A stretch of 64,000 nucleotides of DNA from an uncultured Acidobacteriota bacterium (lineage in GTDB: Bacteria > Acidobacteriota > Thermoanaerobaculia > Gp7-AA8): the NCBI GenBank assembly GCA_963741955.1, contig CAVUKB010000005.1:160001-224000 (forward strand), given 5' to 3'. Below, one piece after another: positions 40,128 to 50,613 of this stretch. How positions within the stretch are numbered: the first letter of the stretch is position 1; each line of letters opens with the position of its first letter. The notes below the pieces were generated by a model. It searched no databases, had not been told where the DNA came from, and was given only the letters and a program-made list of their open reading frames with translations. A program made the translations under genes and the position numbers.

Positions 40128-40666
40128 ACCTGCGGCTCCGGTTCTTTGAATGTCTCTTTGAATACCGAAAGGATCACGATGTCGTGGTACTCCCCTTCCC
40201 GATAAAAATCGCCGGCGAGCTTCCCTTCCTGAGCGAATCCCTGTGCCGCCAGGATCCGTTTCGCCCGCTCGTTGTAATCGAATACGTTGATGCGCAGCTT
40301 GCGCAGGTTCATCTCCTGAAATGCGAAACGTACCAGAGTCCGGATCGCATCGCTCCCGAATCCCCGGTTCCACGCCGCCGGCTCGCCGATGAAGAGCCCG
40401 AACTGCGCCCGCCGCGAGACCCAGTCGATCTCGTGCAGCGACGCGTTGCCGATGTGCGCTCGGGTGTCCTTCTGCTCGATCGCGAAATGGCGCTCGTCGG
40501 GCGAGCCGTCCACCGCACGCTCCAGCCATTCCGCCTCGGTGTGAAACGGCATCGGATACCGCGACTTGAGTGTCCGCACGATCTGCGGATCGTTCATCCA
40601 GCGGTACGAACGTTCCAGATCCGACGCCTCCAGAGCCCGCAGAATCACGTGCTCTCCGGCGATCAT
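40124..40666 (-). CDS. GNAT (RimJ/RimL-like) acetyltransferase
   Basis: LRALE..D, WNRGFG, F..MNLRKL, N.RA....GF..EG. Confidence 0.88.
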   Translation of the reverse strand: MIAGEHVILRALEASDLERSYRWMNDPQIVRTLKSRYPMPFHTEAEWLERAVDGSPDERHFAIEQKDTRAHIGNASLHEIDWVSRRAQFGLFIGEPAAWNRGFGSDAIRTLVRFAFQEMNLRKLRINVFDYNERAKRILAAQGFAQEGKLAGDFYREGEYHDIVILSVFKETFKEPEPQV

Positions 40667-41005
40667 GAACCTCTTCCGTCCATACGCTTCCGGGTCAGGC
40701 AGCATGCCTCGTTCCGTTCTCCTCACCATGCGGGCGGGATTATATGGGAAACGCCCCAAAATCCCCCACCTCGCTCCCCGCTGACGCCACGGGTCGGGTT
40801 CCACGCCCCCGTGGGTCGCGCGTTTCGCGCGATGGCGAGCGGCGTTTCGCCGCGAGCGACCGGTCCAACTTGCGACGGCCCACGCTACCGGGCACTCCCG
40901 CGTTCAAACCGCGCACCGTTCCTGCTCGGCCCGACTCGGCAAGCCCGCTCCCTCTCCAACCACCGATCTTCCCGTCACGCAACTTGCAGCACGAGTCCGT
41001 CACGA

Positions 41006-41686
41006 ATGAGCATCGACGAACGACGCACCGCCGCCCTCATCCTCGACGTCGACGGGACACTTCTCGACTCCAACGAAGCTCACGCGCACGCCTGGGTCGA
41101 AGCGTTCTCCGCCTCGGGAGTCGATCTCGATCCCACCGACATCCGACCGCACCTCGGGAAGGGAGGCGACCTCCTCGTCCCCGACCTCCTCGACGCCCGC
41201 GCCATGCGACGCATCGGAGACGACGTCCGCGCCCGCAAGAAGGAGATTTTCGGACAGAAGTACCTCCCGGATCTCCGCCCCTTTCCCGGCATCCGTTCCG
41301 CTCTGGAGAAACTCCGCGCGCGCGGGATTCATCTGGTCCTCGCGACGTCGGCCGGTTCCGAAGAGCTCGACCGCTATCTCGAGATCCTCGACATCGGGGG
41401 GCTGATCGACGGGAACACCTCCCGAAGCGACGTCAGCGCCTCGAAACCGGTTCCGGACGTCTTCCGCGCGGCTCTCGAGCGCCTCGACGCACCGGCAGAG
41501 CTCACTGCTGTCGTCGGGGACACTCCATACGATATCCTTGCGGCCCATCGGGTCGCGCTACCGGTCGTCGCGGTGCGGACCGGAGGCTTTCCCGACGAGC
41601 TTCTCCGAAAGGCGGAGCTGATCTTCGACGACGTCAACGAGCTTGCAGGAAGGATCGAAGAACTCGATGAGTGGTTCCATGAGTGA
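41006..41686 (+). CDS. HAD family hydrolase
   Basis: DVDGTLLDS, ATS, SKP.PD, VGDTPYD. Confidence 0.9.
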   Translation: MSIDERRTAALILDVDGTLLDSNEAHAHAWVEAFSASGVDLDPTDIRPHLGKGGDLLVPDLLDARAMRRIGDDVRARKKEIFGQKYLPDLRPFPGIRSALEKLRARGIHLVLATSAGSEELDRYLEILDIGGLIDGNTSRSDVSASKPVPDVFRAALERLDAPAELTAVVGDTPYDILAAHRVALPVVAVRTGGFPDELLRKAELIFDDVNELAGRIEELDEWFHE

Positions 41687-42806
41687 GACCGAACGAGCAC
41701 GCGCCATCCACCGCAGGGCGATCACCGTCGACGGACACTGCGACACGCCCTACCGCCTCCACCGGCATTCCGTCGGTCTCGCCGCCGAAGACCCGAGCGC
41801 GCAGGTCGATCTCGACAAGCTGCGCCGCAGCGGAATCAACGCGTCGTTCTTCGTTTCGTACGTCCCTTCGTATTACGTCGGCCGCGGCGCATACGGCTTC
41901 GCCGAGCATCTGATCGATCTCATCCAGCGCGAGATCGCCGCGAACCCGGAGCTCCTCGCAGCCGCCTCCGCCGCCGACATCCGCCGCGCACGCGAGGAGA
42001 ACCGGATCGCCATTCTCATCGGCATCGAGGGAGGTCACGCGATCGAGGATTCCCTCGAGAAGCTGGCAAAACTGTACGAACGCGGAGCGCGCTATCTCAC
42101 CCTCACCCACGTCAATAACAACAACTGGGCCGACTCGTCCGGCGACGCGCCGCTGCACGGCGGCCTGACTCCGCTCGGTCGCCAGATCGTCCAGCGGATG
42201 AACGATCTCGGCATGCTGGTCGACGTCTCGCACGTCGCCGACTCGACCTTCAGCGACGTCCTCGCGACCACGCGTACCCCCGTCATCGCGTCGCACTCTT
42301 CCTGCCGCGCGCTGACCACCCATCCGCGCAACCTCACCGACGAGATGCTCCGCGACCTGGCGGCGAACGGCGGCATCTGCATGATCAACTTCTTCAGCGC
42401 CTTCATCAGCCAGAGTGTTGCCGACTGCCTTCGGAACGCTCCCAAGGGTGATTCGAAGGAGTCGCCGGTCGAACCGGAACTGGAAGAGCTTCCGAACGAC
42501 CGGAGCCACTGGAATGAATATCTCGAGTGGTGGAGCTCGCTCGACTGTCCGCAGGCGACGCTCGACGACGTGATCGCGCACATCGTCCATGCCGTGGAAG
42601 TCGCGGGCATCGACCACGTCGGCATCGGGACGGACTTCGACGGAGTCCCGGCTCTCCCCCAGGGCGTCACCGACGCCTCGATGTTTCCCGCCGTGACCGA
42701 GCGTCTTCTCCGGCACGGCTTTTCCGATGCCGACGTCCTGAAGATCCTCGGCGAAAACTTCATGCGTGTCTTCGAAGCCGTGGAGGGGGGACGCACGTCC
42801 GTCTGA
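41679..42806 (+). CDS. Membrane dipeptidase (M19)
   Basis: DGHCD, EGG, TLTH, DVSH, ASHS, HVGIGTDFDG. Confidence 0.92.
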   Translation: MSETERARAIHRRAITVDGHCDTPYRLHRHSVGLAAEDPSAQVDLDKLRRSGINASFFVSYVPSYYVGRGAYGFAEHLIDLIQREIAANPELLAAASAADIRRAREENRIAILIGIEGGHAIEDSLEKLAKLYERGARYLTLTHVNNNNWADSSGDAPLHGGLTPLGRQIVQRMNDLGMLVDVSHVADSTFSDVLATTRTPVIASHSSCRALTTHPRNLTDEMLRDLAANGGICMINFFSAFISQSVADCLRNAPKGDSKESPVEPELEELPNDRSHWNEYLEWWSSLDCPQATLDDVIAHIVHAVEVAGIDHVGIGTDFDGVPALPQGVTDASMFPAVTERLLRHGFSDADVLKILGENFMRVFEAVEGGRTSV

Positions 42807-42818
42807 TCAGGAGCGCCG

Positions 42819-44105
42819 ATGAAGTCCGAGTCACGACCGCACGTCGTCATCATCGGCGGAGGATTCGCCGGTCTGTACGCAGCGCGTACGCTGAAGAAGG
42901 CGCCGGTGCGCATCACACTGCTCGACCGGCGCAACCACCACCTCTTCCAGCCACTCCTCTACCAGGTCGCCACCGCCGCACTGAACCCGAGCGACATCGC
43001 CGCTCCGATCCGCGGCATTCTCCACCGGCAGAAGAACGCGAGCGTGATCATGGCCGACGTTCGTTCAGTCGACGTCGTCCGTCGGAAGGTCGTCCTCGAA
43101 GAGGGTGAAGTCGGCTTCGATTACCTCATCGTCGCGACCGGAGCGACACACTCCTACTTCGGACACGACGAGTGGGCCACGCTCGCTCCCGGACTCAAGA
43201 CGATCGAAGATGCGCTCGAGATCCGCCGACGGATCCTTCTCGCGTTCGAAGCGGCGGAGCGTGCGGCGTCCGCCGAGGAGCGGAAGACGTGGTTGACGTT
43301 CGTGGTGGTGGGGGCGGGGCCGACCGGGGTGGAGCTCGCAGGTGCGCTCACCGAGATCGCGCGCCATACCCTCGCCCGCGACTTCCGCCATTTCGATCCG
43401 CACGACGCCCGAGTGATTCTCGTCGAAGGTCTCCCTCACGTGCTGCAGACCTACCCCGAATCGCTCTCGGAGAAGGCGCGGAGACAGCTCGAGGATCTCG
43501 GCGTCGAAGTTCTCACCGGCGCGCGCGTCACGTCGATCGACGCCGGGGGCGTCTCGCTCGACGAGAAGCGCATCTCCGCCCGGACCGTCCTCTGGGCCGC
43601 CGGCGTCACGGCCTCCCCTCTCGGCAGATCCCTCGGCGCACCGCTCGACCGCGCCGGACGGGTCGAGGTCAATCCGGACCTTTCCATTCCCGGATCGGAC
43701 GTGGTCTTCGTCGCCGGCGACCTCGCCGCGCTGCGTGAGAGCGGAAAGGCCGTCCCCGGCGTCGCTCCCGCCGCGATCCAGGAAGGAAAGCACGCCGCGG
43801 AGAACATCGAGAGAATGGTGCGAGGAAAACGCACCCGGCCGTTCCACTACTTCGACAAGGGATCGCTCGCGACGATCGGAAGGGCAGCCGCGGTGGCGGA
43901 CATCGGGCCGCTGAAGTTGAGCGGCTTCATCGCCTGGATGGCATGGCTCGTGATCCACATTTTCTTTCTGATCGGGTTTCGCAATCGTTTCTTCGTCATC
44001 GTACAGTGGGCGTGGGCCTACCTGACCTTTCAGCGCGGCGCGCGCCTGATCACCGGAAGCGTGGACGAGGCGCTCCGCACTCAACCGCCTTATGTTGATC
44101 GCTGA
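42819..44105 (+). CDS. ndh: Type II NADH dehydrogenase
   Basis: GGGFAG, FQPLLYQVAT, GAGPTGVELAG, WAAGV, GD, DKGSLATIGR. Confidence 0.92.
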   Translation: MKSESRPHVVIIGGGFAGLYAARTLKKAPVRITLLDRRNHHLFQPLLYQVATAALNPSDIAAPIRGILHRQKNASVIMADVRSVDVVRRKVVLEEGEVGFDYLIVATGATHSYFGHDEWATLAPGLKTIEDALEIRRRILLAFEAAERAASAEERKTWLTFVVVGAGPTGVELAGALTEIARHTLARDFRHFDPHDARVILVEGLPHVLQTYPESLSEKARRQLEDLGVEVLTGARVTSIDAGGVSLDEKRISARTVLWAAGVTASPLGRSLGAPLDRAGRVEVNPDLSIPGSDVVFVAGDLAALRESGKAVPGVAPAAIQEGKHAAENIERMVRGKRTRPFHYFDKGSLATIGRAAAVADIGPLKLSGFIAWMAWLVIHIFFLIGFRNRFFVIVQWAWAYLTFQRGARLITGSVDEALRTQPPYVDR

Positions 44106-44132
44106 CGGATCGGGAGCTCAGGAGAAACTTCG

Positions 44133-44669
44133 ATGCATCCATGGCACGACGTGAAACTCGGCGAGAACGCACCGAACCTCATTCCGGTGGTGATCGAAGT
44201 CCCGAAGGGATCGAAGAACAAGTACGAGCTCGACAAGCCGAGCGGTCTTCTTCGAGTGGACCGCGTCCTCTTCAGCTCCGTCCATTACCCGGCGAACTAC
44301 GGCTTCATCCCTCAGACCTATTGCGAAGATCACGATCCGCTGGACGTTCTCGTGCTCGGTCAGGAGTCGGTCGTGCCGCTGACGATCATGATGGCGAAGC
44401 CGATCGGGGTGATGAAGATGACCGACCAGGGAGAGGCGGACGACAAGATCATCGCAGTGCACGCGAACGATCCGGAGTACGTCCACTACGATTCGATCTA
44501 CCAGCTCCCTCCGCACCGGATGACCGAGCTCGGTCGCTTCTTCCAGGACTACAAACTGCTGGAGAACAAGACGGTGGTGATCGAGAACTTCCTCGATCGC
44601 GACGAAGCACTCGAGATCATCCGCGCCGCGATCCGCCTCTACTCCGACAACCGCGACATGCTCCGCTGA
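44133..44669 (+). CDS. ppa: Inorganic pyrophosphatase (family I)
   Basis: [27 protein letters not shown]. Confidence 0.95.
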   Translation: MHPWHDVKLGENAPNLIPVVIEVPKGSKNKYELDKPSGLLRVDRVLFSSVHYPANYGFIPQTYCEDHDPLDVLVLGQESVVPLTIMMAKPIGVMKMTDQGEADDKIIAVHANDPEYVHYDSIYQLPPHRMTELGRFFQDYKLLENKTVVIENFLDRDEALEIIRAAIRLYSDNRDMLR

Positions 44670-44825
44670 CTGCCAGGATAAGTTGCCACCGAGTCGAATA
44701 GGTGTCGGTCTTCCATCTTCGTGACGAAAAGCTGGCCAGGCTCCTATGGATCATGAAGCCCGCCTCCCCCTGAAGTTCGCGACCTCGGGAGATCGAGAAA
44801 GGGCCGAGGGGACTGCCTTGTCTTC

Positions 44826-44992
44826 CGATCCTCGATCCTCGATGCTTCAGATCCTCGATCCTCGATCCCAGATCCTCGATCCTCGATCCCAGATCCTCGA
44901 TCCCAGATCCTCGATGCCTTCCGATCCTCGATCCTCGATCTCAGATCCTCGATGCCTTCCGATCCTCGATCCTCGATCTCAGATCCTAGATG
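44826..44992. repeat. Heptameric tandem array (mostly GATCCTC/GATCCCA)
   Basis: About 23 units counted by eye, about 19 containing GATC. Confidence 0.9.
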
Positions 44993-44995
44993 TCT

Positions 44996-45559
44996 CTAAA
45001 TGTCTCTCGCCGCCCGCTCGCCTTCTTTCCACGGACGATCGGTGATCAGTTCGGGGTGTTGGAGGCGGAAGCTTTCTGCGACGTGGCAGGTCCAGCAGAC
45101 CGGCTCGTGCGTTCGTAGGATGTCGGGGATCTGTTCGGGTGCGACCTCGTGCCAGCGAACGGTCACACCTTCCGGAGAGCGGAGCGCGGGCTTGTGGTCG
45201 TGCCAGTGCGCGGCGTCGATCGGACGGCTGCAGTAGACGCAGATCGCCCCCTCGTACCATTTGCGGATGATGTTCACCAGAGCGCAGTCGTCCGGGGACG
45301 TCTCGATCTGCGCGAGACACTCCTGTCCGCAGTTCGCACGCTCCGGCCAGCGGTTGCACACCACCAGGCGCATCTGCACGTCACCGGTCGCCTTGGTCAG
45401 GGCGGCGTCGAGGGCATCGAGCTGCACTGCGGCAGTCTGGTGCGTTTCGGGACAGGTGACCAGCCGCGTTCCCCGGAAGCGGCGGTAGTCGAGGAACAGC
45501 AGCAGCGCGATCACGGCGACCACAGCTGAAAGAACGAAGGCGATCGTTTCGGCGAACAT
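44996..45559 (-). CDS. Cys-rich membrane-anchored hypothetical protein
   Basis: N-terminal TM; CPET, C..WP...CGQEC, CVYC, CWTCH; GGAGG RBS. Confidence 0.75.
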   Translation of the reverse strand: MFAETIAFVLSAVVAVIALLLFLDYRRFRGTRLVTCPETHQTAAVQLDALDAALTKATGDVQMRLVVCNRWPERANCGQECLAQIETSPDDCALVNIIRKWYEGAICVYCSRPIDAAHWHDHKPALRSPEGVTVRWHEVAPEQIPDILRTHEPVCWTCHVAESFRLQHPELITDRPWKEGERAARDI

Positions 45560-45666
45560 CGGCACCTCCCCAGGAAAACCGCGGCGACGGATCGCGTGGA
45601 TGATCCATGCGATCTGCACCGTGATTCGAATGTAGGGCCCCCCTGCCGGACGGACTATGACGTTCG

Positions 45667-46359
45667 TCACTGCGAGGTGTGCTGGCCGGAACAGAGAGGC
45701 AGAAGGCGGGACAACTCCCGAAGCAGTAGAAACATCCCGAACATCACCAGCTCCGCTCCGACGATGTAGAACGGCCACGGTCCGAACCAGTCGAGGAGGG
45801 ACGGTTCGACCGGCTTCGCGCGGAGGTAAAGGAAGTTCATTCCGGTGGCGACGTCGACCGTCGCGACGACGCACGCGTACGCATTCGTGGCGATCACGGC
45901 CCGGAGGACCGCACCCGGTGCGGGCCGGTCGCCGAGGCCGAACACGAGCACCGCAGCTGAAACGACGACCGCGCCGTGGAGCACGAAGAATGTCACCGTG
46001 CGCCAGCGGAGGAAGCCGCCGGCGACGTCCGGCATCAGGATCGCGAGGAGTGTCCCCGAGCCCGCCCAGAAGTAGAGGAGCTCGACCGCGGGACGCCATC
46101 GGGTCAGGAGGGCGAAGATCGCCAGGAAGAGTGCGAAATCGCAGAGCTGGAGCGGGATGAAATCCCACCGGGTCAACTCCCCCGCCCGAAACGAGAGCAC
46201 CCAGTAGGCCACGACTGCGCACGCTACCGCCGCGGCGAGCGCGACGCGGACTCCCTTCGACATTTCAGGGTGTCTTCGTACGATCCACGTCATCCCCGAT
46301 GCCGCGACGACGATCGTCCCGATCGCGATCAGATGCGCCGTATGGAAACGGAGGAACAT
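45667..46359 (-). CDS. YwaF/TIGR02206-like integral membrane protein
   Basis: PLQLCD, FFVLHG, NFLYL..KP...SLLD.FGPWPFY. Confidence 0.85.
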   Translation of the reverse strand: MFLRFHTAHLIAIGTIVVAASGMTWIVRRHPEMSKGVRVALAAAVACAVVAYWVLSFRAGELTRWDFIPLQLCDFALFLAIFALLTRWRPAVELLYFWAGSGTLLAILMPDVAGGFLRWRTVTFFVLHGAVVVSAAVLVFGLGDRPAPGAVLRAVIATNAYACVVATVDVATGMNFLYLRAKPVEPSLLDWFGPWPFYIVGAELVMFGMFLLLRELSRLLPLCSGQHTSQ

Positions 46360-46480
46360 GCAGAGGAAGGATGGAACGGTTCAGGAGCGGGCGCAAATGC
46401 CCCAGCGGAAATGCGTGACGAGAGACGACGAGTGCGCGACGGCCGTCACGCGCATGCAGAGATGGCAGTGGTTCGCCCCT

Positions 46481-46945
46481 TCATGGCTTTCCCAGCTTCC
46501 GCACGATGTCGAACTCCTTCTTCGTCACCGGCTGGATGGAGAGGCGTGAGCCCTTCTTCAGCACCACCATATCCTCGAGTCCCTGCGTCACGCGCAGTTC
46601 CTCGAGTGAGATGACCCGCGGGAACTTCTCCACGAAGCCGATGTCGACCATCACCCAGATCGGGGTCTCCTTCGTGCTCTTCGGGTCGAAGTAGATGTGT
46701 CCCTTCTTCGTCGCGAAGGCGTCCGGATACGCCTCCCGAACCACCAAGGCGGTCCCCGTGACGCCGGAGGGCTCCGCATTCGAAGCGTAGAAGAGGACTC
46801 CGTCGCCCTTCTTCATGTCGTCGCGCATGAAATTGCGGGCCTGATAGTTCCGGACTCCCTCCCAGCTCGTGGTCCCGTCGCGCTCCAGATCGTCGATCGA
46901 GTACGCCGCGGGCTCGCACTTCATCAGCCAGTACTTTTTCGCCAT
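46481..46945 (-). CDS. EVE domain protein
   Basis: YWLMKCEP, WEGVRNYQARN, YFDPKS, RLSIQPV. Confidence 0.93.
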   Translation of the reverse strand: MAKKYWLMKCEPAAYSIDDLERDGTTSWEGVRNYQARNFMRDDMKKGDGVLFYASNAEPSGVTGTALVVREAYPDAFATKKGHIYFDPKSTKETPIWVMVDIGFVEKFPRVISLEELRVTQGLEDMVVLKKGSRLSIQPVTKKEFDIVRKLGKP

Positions 46946-47083
46946 TCAACTCCCCCTGATCAAAATGTACTGCGCGCGAGAAGAACCGACGACGGGATGC
47001 CATCTTCTGAATTCGACTTCGAGCCGGCGCTCGCCGTTCGAAATCATTTTCCTGGTGGCCCCACCCGCGATAAAGTTCGCGAC

Positions 47084-47320
47084 ATGAACTGGGGACCGAT
47101 CGGACGTGCTCTCGACGCAATACCCTACTGGATGATTCTATGGGTCGCGTTCGTCCTCGCCATCATGCCCATCGGTCAGCCGCACCTGATCGAGAAGATC
47201 CGGATGCTCGTGCATGGGACGCTGCATCGTCCTCTCGACTGGTTCGACCTCTTCCTTCACGGCTTCCCGCTGCTGATCCTTCTCGTCAAGATCATCTACG
47301 ATCTCGCGCGCCGTTCGTGA
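47084..47320 (+). CDS. Small membrane protein
   Basis: Two hydrophobic segments; PHLIEK..ML..G.L..P.D.FDL..H pattern. Confidence 0.65.
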   Translation: MNWGPIGRALDAIPYWMILWVAFVLAIMPIGQPHLIEKIRMLVHGTLHRPLDWFDLFLHGFPLLILLVKIIYDLARRS

Positions 47321-47373
47321 GTCGAAGGCCTGCCGAGCACGCAGCTCCGGCACGCCGACGGTCATTCTCCACT

Positions 47374-47622
47374 TTACTGCGCCTCCTCGGCGGCATTGAT
47401 CTCTTTGACCCGTTCGTTCTCCTGTTTCTGCAGCTCCTCCGCTTTCTCCCTCGCGCGCAGCCCGGCCTTCCCCGCCTTCGTGGCCATACTGTCGTCCGGC
47501 TTCTCCTGCAGCGCCTGGCTCTTCTCCGTCGCCGAGGCGGCGTGAGGCTTCGTCGCCCCGTTTCCGCATCCGACGAGGGCGAGGCCCGCGACGATCATCA
47601 GTGCCATTGCTCTCTGCTTCAT
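47374..47622 (-). CDS. Small lipoprotein
   Basis: Lipobox LVGC; GAGGAGG RBS. Confidence 0.65.
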   Translation of the reverse strand: MKQRAMALMIVAGLALVGCGNGATKPHAASATEKSQALQEKPDDSMATKAGKAGLRAREKAEELQKQENERVKEINAAEEAQ

Positions 47623-47717
47623 CAACCCTCCTCGCGCCTTACCAGATGGACCGACACGAGACCCCCCCCGCATCGATCGCGGCCATCCTCTCATCCTCGA
47701 TGCCTTTCAGATCCCAA

Positions 47718-47832
47718 GAGTCTGCGCGGTAGAAACTGTCCTACTGCGAAAGCGGATCGGCGGTCCAAATCCGAACGAATTTGGCCTCGCTGCTCCGCTT
47801 TCTCGCTACGGACGTTTCTGCCGCGCAGACTC
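47718..47832. mobile_element. MITE-like element family B, internally deleted copy
   Basis: Same termini as 31651-31809; segment between two CAAATCCG repeats is missing. Confidence 0.75.
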
Positions 47833-47877
47833 CTAGATCCTCGATCCTAGATACTAGATACTAGATGCTTTTAAGCT

Positions 47878-50613
47878 TCATTTGATCGTCGCCATCCACA
47901 CGTCTCCTTCCATGCTGGCGGCGACGTAGTAGATCGACGTACCGTCGGAGGAGACCTGCGGGTCGAGAACATCGGCATGTCGGGTGTCGAAGATCTCCTT
48001 CTCCTCCTTCGTCAGGCGATCCAGGAGAAACATTTTCGTCCCGTCCGCGAAGATCAGATGACGTCCATCCGGGAGAAAGCGCGCGCGACCGCGGTAGCCA
48101 CCGGCGTGATCGGTCAGCTTCTCGTAGCTCCGTTTCGCGATCGAGTAGATCCAGAGTCCCGGTTCCGGTTCCGATCCCTTCAGTACCGATCCGACCAGGA
48201 GGGTTCCATCCGGAGACCAGTCGTTCGCCTGGAATCGCAGGCCCGCGGGCATGGGCGAAAGCCTCTCTCTCTGCGCGTGTGGCGTTCCGGCGAGCGCGAA
48301 GAGGAACGGATCGCCGTCGGCGCTCGCGGCAAGCCGCTTTCCGTCCGGAGAGACGACCGGCGAGAGAATGTCGGGCGAGGTGAAATTCGAGACGGCGCTG
48401 AGGTCGCTCCCGTCCGGGTGGACCGACCAGAGGTTGTAGCTTCCGCCGCGATCTGAGTAGAAGACGATCTCCTTCCCGTCCGGCGTCCACCGCGGACCGC
48501 GCTCTTTCGACGCGTCGTCGGTGAGTTTCCGCAGGCCGCTGCCATCGGTGTGGACCACCCAGAGGTCCTCCGGCGAATCGACGCTGCGCATCGCCACCAT
48601 GTCTCCGGCGGGGGAGAGGCTCTCGTCGATGAACCGCATCGCTCCGGCCGTCACCGGCGCCGGCGGTCCGTGCGCAGTGAGCGTCGCCACGTCGAACCCG
48701 ATCTTCTGGACGTCGGTGTGAGCGGCGAATGTCGTGTACGCGAGCTCCGGAGCGTGCAGAGCCGTCGACAGATCGCCGCTCCATTGCGACGGCGTGGTCA
48801 GCGGACGCAAAGCACCTTCGGGTTTGCCGCTCGACTCGTCGATCGCGACCGCCCATACGTTCATGCTTCCTCCGCGATCGCTCGCGAAGTAGAGAGTCGT
48901 TCCGTCAGGCGACCAGACCGGACTCCAGTCCATTGGTGAATCGTCGGTGACTTTCACCGCTTCGCCTCCGCCCGCCGGAATCGTCGCCACGTCGCGCTGC
49001 CCGCTCCCATCCTCCGGCAGGGCCCAGAACGCGATCCGTGTACCGTGCGGAGACCAGGCCGGTCGAACTGCATCGCCGTCGTAGATCTTCTTCTTCGTGC
49101 CGCTCGCCACGTCGACAATCCAGAGAGCGCTCTTCGCCACCCTGCTGCTCGGATCGTGGCCCGACTCCGTGCCGACGACCAGAGACTTCCCGTCCGGCGA
49201 CCACGACGGGTTGTATCCGAAGTCGGTCAGCCGGTGCACCGACTCGCCGGTGGCTCCCATCACGAAGATGCCTCCTCCGCCGCGCTCGGAGCGAAACGCA
49301 ATCTGCTGCCCGTCCGGAGAGAATGCAGCCTGGTAGTCGTCGTCCGGCGAGCTCGGCGTCAGGTCGATCGCATTGCTTCCTCCGACCCGCTGCAGATAGA
49401 CGTCGCTGTTCTCGATCGAAGGGTTCGGCCGGGCAGTGAACGCGATGTACTTCCCGTCCGGAGAGAGAGACGGTTCGGATTCGACGTCCACTCCGCTGGT
49501 CAGCCGTGCGAATGTCGCCGACAGCGGCGCGCTGCTCCGGGAGTTGGCGTGACGCATCACGTACCACGCGACGAGCGCTCCGATCCCCAGCAGTGCCACC
49601 GCCGAGACTACCGCCAGCGCGCTGCGCTTCTTCTGCGGCGAGATCATCGCCCGGATCCCCGAGTCCGAACCTCGTGAGGGCGACGAGATCGAGAGCTGAT
49701 CGAACTCCGCCTCGATGTCGTGCAGCGCCAGAGAGAGATCCTTCATCGATTGGTATCGCTTCTCCGGATCTTTCTCCAGGCATCGCCGGATGATCCTCCG
49801 AAGCTCGGTCGGCACATCGGGGTTCAGCTCCGTCACTGGAGTCGGCGGCACGTTCAGGATCCGGTGCAGGGTCTCGATGTCGCTGGACGCGTTGAACGCC
49901 TGATGGCGCGTCGCCGCCTCGTACAGCATGCAGCCGAACGCGAAGATGTCCGACCGCTCGTCGACCGGCTTCCCCTGCACCTGTTCGGGCGACATGTAGC
50001 CGACCGTTCCGACGATCGCCCCTTCCCGCGTCTGTCCGACCACCGTCGTCGCATCACCACGAACCCCGAGCGCATCCGCGCGCTCGGTCAGCTTCGCCAG
50101 TCCGAAGTCGAGAATCTTCGCGAACCCGTCGCGGGTGATCATCACGTTCTCCGGCTTCAGATCGCGATGGATGATCCCCGCTGCATGCGCTTTCGCCATA
50201 CCGTCGGCGACCTGTGCCAGCCAGCCCACGAGATCCCGAAGAGGCGTCCGCTCTCGGTGGATCTTCTCCTTGAGCGTCACACCACGCACCAGTTCCATGG
50301 CGATGAAGTGCAGCTGCGAGATCGGAGTGGCGAACTCGCCCGTCCCCTCCACGGAGGGTGGCTCGGCCTCGCCTATGTCGTAGATGTGGACGATGTTCGG
50401 ATGATTCAGCCCGGATGCGGAGCGCGCCTCCTGGATGAACCGGCGCACCCGGCCCTGGTCGGCGACGAGGGAAGGAGGAAGAATCTTGATCGCGACGGAG
50501 CGCTCGAGACGTTCGTCATGAGCCTCGTAGACTTCGCCCATTCCGCCCGCGCCGAGGGCGCCGACGATCGTGTAATGCGCGACGGGAAAACCTCGCTCGA
50601 GCGTGACGGGCAT
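47878..50613 (-). CDS. Hanks-type Ser/Thr kinase with TM and PD40/TolB-like beta-propeller
   Basis: GAGGMGEV, VAIK, HRDLKPEN, DFG, GTVGYMSPEQ; repeated WSPDG. Confidence 0.95.
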   Translation of the reverse strand: MPVTLERGFPVAHYTIVGALGAGGMGEVYEAHDERLERSVAIKILPPSLVADQGRVRRFIQEARSASGLNHPNIVHIYDIGEAEPPSVEGTGEFATPISQLHFIAMELVRGVTLKEKIHRERTPLRDLVGWLAQVADGMAKAHAAGIIHRDLKPENVMITRDGFAKILDFGLAKLTERADALGVRGDATTVVGQTREGAIVGTVGYMSPEQVQGKPVDERSDIFAFGCMLYEAATRHQAFNASSDIETLHRILNVPPTPVTELNPDVPTELRRIIRRCLEKDPEKRYQSMKDLSLALHDIEAEFDQLSISSPSRGSDSGIRAMISPQKKRSALAVVSAVALLGIGALVAWYVMRHANSRSSAPLSATFARLTSGVDVESEPSLSPDGKYIAFTARPNPSIENSDVYLQRVGGSNAIDLTPSSPDDDYQAAFSPDGQQIAFRSERGGGGIFVMGATGESVHRLTDFGYNPSWSPDGKSLVVGTESGHDPSSRVAKSALWIVDVASGTKKKIYDGDAVRPAWSPHGTRIAFWALPEDGSGQRDVATIPAGGGEAVKVTDDSPMDWSPVWSPDGTTLYFASDRGGSMNVWAVAIDESSGKPEGALRPLTTPSQWSGDLSTALHAPELAYTTFAAHTDVQKIGFDVATLTAHGPPAPVTAGAMRFIDESLSPAGDMVAMRSVDSPEDLWVVHTDGSGLRKLTDDASKERGPRWTPDGKEIVFYSDRGGSYNLWSVHPDGSDLSAVSNFTSPDILSPVVSPDGKRLAASADGDPFLFALAGTPHAQRERLSPMPAGLRFQANDWSPDGTLLVGSVLKGSEPEPGLWIYSIAKRSYEKLTDHAGGYRGRARFLPDGRHLIFADGTKMFLLDRLTKEEKEIFDTRHADVLDPQVSSDGTSIYYVAASMEGDVWMATIK

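Noticed and set aside
44746-45045. 99-aa ORF with ILDPRSQ repeats
   Set aside because: Translation of the heptamer array
46481-46945. EVE protein as part of a modification-dependent defence system
   Set aside because: Stand-alone canonical EVE protein with no nuclease or toxin neighbour
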